Below, one piece after another: positions 30,301 through 36,741 of a DNA stretch of 64,000 bases (its first letter is position 1; every line of letters begins with the position of its first letter). This stretch comes from Sedimentisphaerales bacterium (GTDB lineage: Bacteria > Planctomycetota > Phycisphaerae > Sedimentisphaerales > Anaerobacaceae). Both the position numbers and the translations under genes were made by a program. The DNA lies in the NCBI GenBank assembly GCA_963708075.1, contig OY970194.1, positions 3,936,001-4,000,000 of the forward strand, read 5' to 3'. The notes below the pieces were generated by a model. The model was given only the letters and a program-made list of their open reading frames with translations. It ran no database searches and was not told the origin of the DNA.

Positions 30301-30803
30301 GGAGAATCCAGGAACCCCCAGGCCTCGCCGCCGTCAGGGAATCGGCCATACGAGACATCGGTGAGCTGTTCGCCGAACACGACATGATCGAGGAGAGCGT
30401 CATCTGTACCGAACAGTGCAATCTCCTCACCCCCGACGTTCAATCCGAAGCTCGCGTGCAGTCCTGCATCCGCAGCATCACGGTCGAGCCAGACGATAAG
30501 GTACCCTTTCGCCGGTATGGTTGTGAGGCCCGCCTGATCTCCCGGGATCCGCCACTTCATCGGGACGCTCAGGTAGTCGGTCATGTACATGTCTGCGACA
30601 TTCACCGGACCGTCACCCGGATTGTATAGCTCCACCCAATCATCGAACTGGCCCTGCGGGTCTGCCAGGACGCTGTCATTGGCCGCCATGAACTCGTTGA
30701 TGACCACACGGCCGCTCGCCAGAGCGAACGATGAGATGGCGGTCAGCAGGAGAATGCTGCTCCGAAGCACAAGACGAGCGATATGTCCGGGCTGGAGAAC
30801 CAT
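27366..30803 (-). CDS. CotH kinase-family protein with lamin-tail and chitobiase/Fn3-associated domains
   Basis: VVINEFMAAN..DWVELYN, IYYTLDGSEP, LYLNGLYWGLYNPVERPD, WDME, ESARWGD, LRISEIMYHP; signal peptide after ATG 30803. Confidence 0.85.
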   Translation of the reverse strand: MVLQPGHIARLVLRSSILLLTAISSFALASGRVVINEFMAANDSVLADPQGQFDDWVELYNPGDGPVNVADMYMTDYLSVPMKWRIPGDQAGLTTIPAKGYLIVWLDRDAADAGLHASFGLNVGGEEIALFGTDDALLDHVVFGEQLTDVSYGRFPDGGEAWGFLDSPTPAAPNVRAYEGVVADVEFSYPRGFYDSPFEVTITCNTKNATIYYTLDGSEPGVSGTGGFETRPYSKPIAVTGTTCLRARAMKPGWKSSGVRTHTYIFLNDVLHQPGNPAGFPALWAGAGADYEMDSEVVNDPAYRDEMIPALRSSRTMSVIMDPEDLFGSQRGIYSNATGRGDSWERPTSIEIINGDGSTAYVGQCGIRIHSYSWRSHDRTKKHSLRLEFRNEYGPRKMDYKLFPDAPVDRFDSIVLRAQHGRSWAGQQYPEQAQYIRDAFARDTARDMGKIDGHATFVHLYLNGLYWGLYNPVERPDAQFGEEYFGGSDEDYDALNRRTTTNEAVDGDLNRYNEMLSLADRGLASPQAYAEMQRYVDLDNLIDFFLIHQYTTNKDGPEIFQSNNQRAIGSRIGDPKFRFFVWDMEYSIWEATDFLNINVDVPTSISHVYTKLRENPEFRLRYADRVHRHMFNGGALTPDAAAARWETRAHEIYSAIICESARWGDAQRARPYTRDVEWMAERNRLLTEYFPQRTGILLEQLKAAGLYPRTDAPVFYVNGSYQHGGHIASSDKLSMQAPNGKVYYTLDGSDPRQPIAAGEPDALTTLVAESAAKRVFVPKGPIGDAWRSNLRFNDLTWPGGTGAVGYERASGYEALIGVDVGSQMYGLNTTCYIRILFAAQSDPSEYDFMTLRMRYDDGFVAYLNGVEIARSRFAGAPQWDSRADVSHESDGSEVFDVSAHIGLLRRDSNLLAIQGLNASNTSSDFVISAELAGGKQGQVGGAVSATAIPYDGPVPLPQSTRIKSLALASDAWSALNEAVFAVGPVAESLRISEIMYHPADTGNPDDPNTEYIELTNIGTQTVNLNLVEFTEGIQFTFPSVVLAPGGYVLAVKDVEAFEGKYGQDFNIAGQYAGSLDNAGERIVLRDATGQTIHDFRFDDGWYTSTDGRGFSLVVRDPSKTDPSALSDENAWRPSLNYDGSPGLYE
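30105..30129 (+). repeat. GTAG-family REP-like hairpin inside the CotH gene
   Basis: GTAGGGGCGGGTTTCAAACCCGCCC, identical over 25 bp to 30902-30926. Confidence 0.75.
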
Positions 30804-30901
30804 TCCTTCCTCACAGGTTCGTAGCAGCGCCATAAGGCGTTGCTTCGAATGCCCTTAAACAGACATACGTGCCGATTCTCTATTATAACGTGTGTCAGGG
30901 C

Positions 30902-30926
30902 GTAGGGGCGGGTTTCAAACCCGCCC
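30902..30926 (+). repeat. GTAG-family REP-like hairpin, intergenic
   Basis: GTAG then GGGCGGGTTT-C-AAACCCGCCC perfect stem. Confidence 0.75.
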
Positions 30927-31141
30927 AAATGCAATGGCGCCAATCCGGCACTCGTGGCCATGCCGGGTCCCTGGATTTGTACATGAACCAGTTGCGGGAG
31001 CTGGCCAAGACCTACGGCAAGCTGAATATCCTCGACGCCACAGAGGGACCAACGATCCGCGAGTTCACGCTGTTTTGACAGGGGGGACGCTGCCGAAGAA
31101 GCTTCTGGCGATGTTTGGGGCGATCCGGTATGATGGAGGGC

Positions 31142-32332
31142 ATGGCCACAAGCCGCAAAGTCCTGTTGACGATCGGGTGTTCGCGGGCTTCGGAGCGGGG
31201 GATGCTGCGGGGGATCGTTCGTTACTCGCGGTTCCATGGGCCATGGATGCTCTATCGAGAGCCGCCATTCTACCGCAAGCCGCCGTACTGTCCCCAGCCC
31301 AGACAGGCAAAGGCATCGACGCGATTGCAGAATCACGGGATCGACGGCATTATCGCTTTTGCCGCCAACTGTGCCCAGCTTCGCGAGTTCATTCCTCCCG
31401 GTTTTCCCGCCGTCGTCTTGCCGATCGAGGACAAGACCCCCGGTTGTTGCAGCATCGTGGAGAAGGACGACGTGGTGGGTCGCATCGCCGCAGAGCATTT
31501 CCTGGAGCGAGGGTTCGCTCGCTTTGCCTTCTGCGGATTCGATCACATGTACTGGTCAAGGGTGCGGCAGGAAGGCTTCATTCGGCGTCTGGCCAAGGGG
31601 GGATTCACCGTCCACCTGTATGAGCCCCCGGGACCATCCGCACGCGTGCCGTGGGAGGCAGAGCAGGCCTCCATGACCGAGTGGCTCAAATCGCTGCCCA
31701 GGCCGATTGGTCTGTTGGCCTGCAACGACGATCGCGCTCAGCAGGTCTTCGAGGCCAACAAGGCCGCGGACATTCGAGTGCCGGAGGAGATCGCCATCCT
31801 CGGTGTCGACAACGACGACATGATCTGCGAGTTGACCAATCCACCCCTATCGAGCGTGGCGATGAACTTCGAGGAGGCCGGGTACGAGGCGGCCGCCCAA
31901 CTGGACCGGCAAATGAAGGGCAAGGAGGTTTCCGCCAGGGAGATCCACATTCGACCCACGCACGTTCATACCCGGCAATCCACGGATGTCATGGCGGCGG
32001 AGGACCCGGTCGTGGCAAAGGCGCTGCGATTCATCCGGGGCCACGCACGTGACATTCTGTCCGTCGAGGACGTGGTGGAAGCCACGGCCATCTCCCGGCG
32101 GCCCCTCGAACGCCATTTCCGACGGGCCGTGGGAATCAGTATCCACAAGGAAATCCAGCGTGTTCGCGTCGAGCGGGCCTGCCAAATGCTCGTCGAGACC
32201 AACTGGTCCCTGGCGAATATCGCCGAGCGGTGCGGGTTCTCGAACGCTATCCACTTCGGCGTCGCATTCAAACGGCAAATGAGGGTCACGCCCGAGCAGC
32301 ATCGCAGGGGATCCGTGGGTGCCGACCACTGA
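31142..32332 (+). CDS. XylR-type transcriptional regulator (LacI-like periplasmic-binding fold plus AraC HTH)
   Basis: AAEHFLERGFARFAFCG, WLKSLPRPIGLLACND, VPEEIAILGVDND, PPLSSV, RQSTD, IAERCGFS..F..AFKR. Start could be 31130/31133. Confidence 0.9.
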   Translation: MATSRKVLLTIGCSRASERGMLRGIVRYSRFHGPWMLYREPPFYRKPPYCPQPRQAKASTRLQNHGIDGIIAFAANCAQLREFIPPGFPAVVLPIEDKTPGCCSIVEKDDVVGRIAAEHFLERGFARFAFCGFDHMYWSRVRQEGFIRRLAKGGFTVHLYEPPGPSARVPWEAEQASMTEWLKSLPRPIGLLACNDDRAQQVFEANKAADIRVPEEIAILGVDNDDMICELTNPPLSSVAMNFEEAGYEAAAQLDRQMKGKEVSAREIHIRPTHVHTRQSTDVMAAEDPVVAKALRFIRGHARDILSVEDVVEATAISRRPLERHFRRAVGISIHKEIQRVRVERACQMLVETNWSLANIAERCGFSNAIHFGVAFKRQMRVTPEQHRRGSVGADH

Positions 32333-32344
32333 TCCATCCGGTGG

Positions 32345-32368
32345 GTAGGGGCGAAACCTCTTTCGCCC
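32345..32368 (+). repeat. GTAG-family REP-like hairpin
   Basis: GTAG then GGGCGAAA-CCTC-TTTCGCCC. Confidence 0.65.
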
Positions 32369-32393
32369 GCATGAATGGTGTCGTAACGAATGT

Positions 32394-32455
32394 CGCAAAA
32401 TCGAAGGCGAAAGACGCAAAATCGAATACATCTATGCACCCGGTTGTCCGATAAT
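32394..32455 (+). promoter_or_regulatory. Probable AraC/XylR-type operator (direct repeat) and -10 element
   Basis: CGCAAAATCGAA at 32394 and 32415 (21-bp period), followed by GATAAT at 32450-32455. Confidence 0.6.
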
Positions 32456-32490
32456 GATCGTGGCTGATTGTATGTGCATGGACGACCTTT

Positions 32491-32566
32491 GATTTACGAT
32501 TTATGATTTGCGAATTATGATTCTGGCTCCCGCCCCCACCAAATCGTAAACCGAAAATCATACGTG
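32491..32566 (+). repeat. Heptamer-repeat fold-back element, copy 1
   Basis: (GATTTAC/GATTTAT/GATTTGC)n - CTGGCTCCCGCCCC core - (AAATCGT-like)n. Confidence 0.7.
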
Positions 32567-32576
32567 GGAGACAACC

Positions 32577-33380
32577 ATGGAGCGACGGGCGTTCACACTG
32601 ATCGAGTTGCTGGTGGTCATCGCCATCATCGCGGTGCTCATGGCGATCCTCATGCCGTCCCTGAACGTCGCCAGGGAGCAGGCACGCAGCCTCAACTGTC
32701 GGGGCAATGTGCGGACCCTGACCCTCGCATGGCTGATCTACAAGGACGAGAACGACGCGAAGCTCGTCGGCGGTTTCCCTGAGCGGGTGACCGAGAGCCC
32801 CAAGAGCCCCTGGGTACAAATTCCGCCGGGGGGAGTGAATGCCTCGGTGGAGGAGAAGAAAGAATACATCAAGCGGGGCATGCTGTGGCCCTACGTCAAA
32901 GAGATCGACGTGTACCGGTGCCCCTCGGATAAGCGCAAGAACAGCCCTTACCACAAGTACGCCTTCCGCACCTATTCGATTGCCGGCGGCATGAACGGGG
33001 TGAGAAGCGAAAGCCCGTTCGAGTGGGAGATCATCCCCTGTGTCCGGTACACGGAAATCAAGCAGCCCGCCACCAAGTATGTCTTTCTGGCCGAGTGCGA
33101 CCCCCGAGGTTACAACATGGGTTCGTGGGTCATGTACCCGAAGAGCAAGCGGTGGGTCGATCCGTTCGGCATCTGGCATCGCGACAACAGCAGCACACTG
33201 GGTTTCGCGGACGGCCATGTCGATATGCACAGGTTCTACAGCCGGGGGCTGATTGAGTGGAATCTGAAGGCCCTGCATGAACCCGGGAGTTTCCAATTCA
33301 CCAGGCCTCCTCAGGACAATGAGGAGATGGCGGACTTCGAGTTCATGCTGAAAGGCTACGCGTACAGGTCGCTTCTGTAG
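32577..33380 (+). CDS. Prepilin-type N-terminal cleavage/methylation protein with H-X9-DG-type C-terminal motif (DUF1559-like)
   Basis: [49 protein letters not shown]. Confidence 0.88.
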   Translation: MERRAFTLIELLVVIAIIAVLMAILMPSLNVAREQARSLNCRGNVRTLTLAWLIYKDENDAKLVGGFPERVTESPKSPWVQIPPGGVNASVEEKKEYIKRGMLWPYVKEIDVYRCPSDKRKNSPYHKYAFRTYSIAGGMNGVRSESPFEWEIIPCVRYTEIKQPATKYVFLAECDPRGYNMGSWVMYPKSKRWVDPFGIWHRDNSSTLGFADGHVDMHRFYSRGLIEWNLKALHEPGSFQFTRPPQDNEEMADFEFMLKGYAYRSLL

Positions 33381-33399
33381 GGTGGAGCAGGCTCCGCCC
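33377..33399 (+). repeat. GTAG-family REP-like hairpin overlapping the stop codon
   Basis: GTAGGGTGGAGC-AG-GCTCCGCCC; its TAG is the stop codon of the prepilin gene. Confidence 0.55.
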
Positions 33400-33470
33400 C
33401 GCGATTGGCCCGGCGCGACGCACATGCGTTCGCAGAAAGGAGGTGGTACGGAAGGAGACCTTCGGCAATT

Positions 33471-33548
33471 CACGATTTGCGATTTGCGATTTGCGATTTA
33501 CGACTTGGCAGGGGCGGGAGCCAGATCATAATTCGTAAATCGTAAATC
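33471..33548 (-). repeat. Heptamer-repeat fold-back element, copy 2 (inverted relative to copy 1)
   Basis: Reverse complement reads GATTTACGATTTACGAATTATGATCTGGCTCCCGCCCCTGCCAAGTCGTAAATCGC..., matching 32491-32566. Confidence 0.7.
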
Positions 33549-33598
33549 GGTTGTGGCAAGGGCAACTTACATGACTTGATTAGGGCTGGAGGAATACT

Positions 33599-36595
33599 AT
33601 GTGCAAGAGAACGACGTGTGTGATTGTCACGCTCATGATCGTGGCGGGCTGGATGGGCACGACGGCGATGGGGCAGGTTCCAGACAAGGACGGCCTGGTC
33701 CTGTGGCTCGACGCCTCTCAGACCGACACAATCGTGAAAGATGCCACCGGCAAGGTCAGTCGGTGGAATGACCTCTCCGGGAACAACTATTACGCCGAGC
33801 AGACCGCCGCCGCCAACCAGCCGACGTTCGCCGCCGGCGTCATAAGAGGCAAACCGGCCGTGGATTTCGGCAACTGGGTCTCCGGCAATGCCCTGGGTCT
33901 CTGGATGCAGTTCAAGAACGCCTCCGGCGCCGACCAGAACGTCAACACCATCCGAACGGTGTTCGCCGTCGTTCGGGGCTCGGCCTTTCTGCTGACCCAT
34001 TCCGCCAGCTACCACTTCCATCGCGATCGCAATGGCCTGGGTGCGGTGACAGTGGGCTTCTGGGATGCGTCGTACACCCATGCCAATATCAGGAATGGCA
34101 AGACCTTTCTCAATGGCACACAGGTGACCGATCTGGCAACGCCCTGGCCGGACGACTGGTCGATCATCAGTCTCGTTACGACGGGCAACGTCGAAGCCAA
34201 CCGGCTCTGCAACGACCGCGTATATCGATCGGGTGGAAACAAGTATGGCGAAATCCTGATCTACAATCGCGAGCTGACCGACACGGAACGAACCGGTGTA
34301 GAGGCCTATCTCACGCAGAAGTGGTTCGCCTCTGCCGGGGACCCGCAACCGGCGAACGGCGCGGTGGATGTGGCTCGCTTGGCGACCCTGAGCTGGTCGG
34401 CAGGCAAGGACGTTGTCACGCATGACGTCTACTTCGGGACATCTTCCGATGATGTGAGCAACGCCAGCCGAGCCGATCCGAAGGGCGTGCTGGTCAGCCA
34501 GGGGCATACGGACACCACGTACGCTCCTTCCATCCGATTGGAGATTGACCGGGCTTACTACTGGCGTGTCGACGAGGTCGGTGCGGCGCCGGGCAACGCG
34601 ACCGTCAAAGGCAGTGTCTGGAGCTTCACGGCCGAGGCGTATTCCATACCGGTCAGGAACGTGACAGCCAAGGCCTCCAGTCAGAACGGCCCGACTACAG
34701 GTCCCGAGAAGACCGTCGATGGCTCCGGCCTGGCCCCCAGCGATCAGCACTCCACGCTGGACGCAGACATGTGGCTCAGCGGCCCCGGCAGTCCGCAATG
34801 GATCCAGTATGAATTCGGCAAGACTGTAAAACTCGATCAAATGCTGGTCTGGAATTCGAACCAGGGATATGAGCCCCTCTTCGGTTTCGGAGCGAAACAG
34901 GTAGTGGTAGACTACTCCGCGGACGGACAGACCTGGAGCAAACTGGGCGAGTTTGAATTTGCCCGGGCGCCGGGCACCGCCGCCTGCACGGCGGATACGA
35001 AGGTGCCCTTTGGTGGCGTGACGGCACGATACGTGAAGCTGACGATCCAGAGCAACTGGGGCAATCTGACGCTGGGATACGGCTTGAGCGAGGTGCGCTT
35101 CCTGGCCGTGCCGACCTCGGCGAGAGAGCCGGACCCGGCTGACGGCGCTACCAATGTGTCGCCGGCGGTAACGCTGAACTGGCGGCCCGGACGCGAGGCC
35201 GGGACCCACGAGGTCTATCTCGGCACAGATCCCAATGCCCTGGCCTTGGCCGCGACGGTAACGCAGCCCTCCCTCGAGATGTCATTCAACCTGGACGAAA
35301 CCTATTACTGGAAAGTCAACGAGGTCAACGCGGTGAAAGACCCGGCCTCATGGGAAAGCGACGTCTGGAGTCTCTCCACCCAGCCGTACATCGTGGTGGA
35401 CGACTTCGAAAGCTACACGAATGAGTCTCCCAAGAGGCTGTTCCAGACATGGATCGATGGATTGGGCTTCTCGCCTGACGACTTCTTCCCCGAAGGCGGC
35501 AAAGGCAACGACTCAGGCGCCTTGGTCGGCTACGATCCCCTGGCGGGTGATATCGCGGAAACGGTCAGAGTCAATAGCGGCAGCCAGTCCATGCCGATAT
35601 TCTATGATAACTCCACCGCCAGCTTCTCGGAGGCCGGGCGCACGCTTGCTGAGCCACAGGATTGGAGCAAACACGGCATCAAGACGCTGTCCCTGGCCTT
35701 CCACGGCGATCCGAACAACACCGGACAGATGTACATCAAGATCAACAGCACGAAGATCCCCTACAACGGCAAGACCGAGGACATCAAGCGGACGTTGTGG
35801 CAGCCGTGGAATATCGACTTGGCCTCAACGGGCGCGAACCTGACGAGCACTACGAAACTGGCCATTGGGGTCGATGGCGCCGCGGCGGCCGGCGTGCTGT
35901 ACATCGACGACATCCGCCTGTATCCACAAGCGGGCGAACTGATCGTGCCGGTCGATCCGGGTACGACGGGCCTGGTTGCCCATTACAAGTTCGACGGCAA
36001 TCTCAAAGACTCCGCAGGCACACACGACGGTATCGCCCTGGGTGACGCCAAGACCGCCAGCGATCCCGCCAGGGGCCAGGTCCTGTCGCTCGATGGGGTC
36101 GGCGATGCCGTGGATGTCCCGCTCCTTGGCACGTCGAGCGCGGTCACGATCAGCATGTGGGTCAATTCGGCGGTCGATACCACCAACCTGGATTTTGCCG
36201 GCATGTTCCACAGCGACGGCTGGGAAGCCGGCGATGTTCACTGGCGATTCAGCTACGCCAGGGTCGATGGCGGCTTCTACGGTTTCGCGAATCTCAGCGG
36301 CAGATCGAGAGTCAAGCCCAATGTGTGGTACCACGTGGCAGCGATCGTAACGCCTACGGAATGGATGTTGTGGCTCGACGGCTTGAGAGATGGCGTAGCA
36401 ACGCTTGCAATACCCACCACGGTAACGCTGAGCGATGGCCTGATTGGCGCCTGGCTCGGGACCGATGGCGTCACGGTCGACCGTGAATTCACGGGCATGA
36501 TCGACGATGTGCGATTCTACAACCGCGCGTTGTCACAGGAAGAGCTTGGATGGCTGGCGGGCCGGACGGAACCATTCGCCAAACCGTTCAACTGA
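33599..36595 (+). CDS. Secreted multidomain LamG/discoidin(F5/8)/CBM-like protein
   Basis: GGAGG RBS, signal peptide; LVLWLDAS, HDVYFGT..YYWRVDEV repeats, WIQYEF..VWNSN, VVDDFESY, YIDDIRLY, C-terminal LamG FTGMIDDVRFYNRALS. Confidence 0.82.
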   Translation: MCKRTTCVIVTLMIVAGWMGTTAMGQVPDKDGLVLWLDASQTDTIVKDATGKVSRWNDLSGNNYYAEQTAAANQPTFAAGVIRGKPAVDFGNWVSGNALGLWMQFKNASGADQNVNTIRTVFAVVRGSAFLLTHSASYHFHRDRNGLGAVTVGFWDASYTHANIRNGKTFLNGTQVTDLATPWPDDWSIISLVTTGNVEANRLCNDRVYRSGGNKYGEILIYNRELTDTERTGVEAYLTQKWFASAGDPQPANGAVDVARLATLSWSAGKDVVTHDVYFGTSSDDVSNASRADPKGVLVSQGHTDTTYAPSIRLEIDRAYYWRVDEVGAAPGNATVKGSVWSFTAEAYSIPVRNVTAKASSQNGPTTGPEKTVDGSGLAPSDQHSTLDADMWLSGPGSPQWIQYEFGKTVKLDQMLVWNSNQGYEPLFGFGAKQVVVDYSADGQTWSKLGEFEFARAPGTAACTADTKVPFGGVTARYVKLTIQSNWGNLTLGYGLSEVRFLAVPTSAREPDPADGATNVSPAVTLNWRPGREAGTHEVYLGTDPNALALAATVTQPSLEMSFNLDETYYWKVNEVNAVKDPASWESDVWSLSTQPYIVVDDFESYTNESPKRLFQTWIDGLGFSPDDFFPEGGKGNDSGALVGYDPLAGDIAETVRVNSGSQSMPIFYDNSTASFSEAGRTLAEPQDWSKHGIKTLSLAFHGDPNNTGQMYIKINSTKIPYNGKTEDIKRTLWQPWNIDLASTGANLTSTTKLAIGVDGAAAAGVLYIDDIRLYPQAGELIVPVDPGTTGLVAHYKFDGNLKDSAGTHDGIALGDAKTASDPARGQVLSLDGVGDAVDVPLLGTSSAVTISMWVNSAVDTTNLDFAGMFHSDGWEAGDVHWRFSYARVDGGFYGFANLSGRSRVKPNVWYHVAAIVTPTEWMLWLDGLRDGVATLAIPTTVTLSDGLIGAWLGTDGVTVDREFTGMIDDVRFYNRALSQEELGWLAGRTEPFAKPFN

Positions 36596-36669
36596 CAGGT
36601 AACGCAGAGCTTGTGGGCGCAGCGGGTACGACGAATCATCATTCGCCCCTGCGTCATTGATTACGCACA

Positions 36670-36708
36670 GGGGGCCTGGATCACTTCCTCCTTCTGGTCC
36701 AGGCCCCT
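36670..36708. terminator. GC-rich hairpin between convergent genes
   Basis: GGGGCCTGGA...TCCAGGCCCC arms; related to the hairpin at 57601-57645. Confidence 0.4.
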
Positions 36709-36741
36709 TGCCATTGAGGGCAGCCATCACTCACCATCTGC

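Noticed and set aside
30869..31078. Short ORF ending ..NQLRELAKTYGKLNILDATEGPTIREFTLF
   Set aside because: Possibly a gene remnant, but it spans a REP, has no RBS and I cannot assign a family.
32491..33548. CRISPR array
   Set aside because: Repeats are tandem heptamers with no unique spacers, and there are no cas genes.
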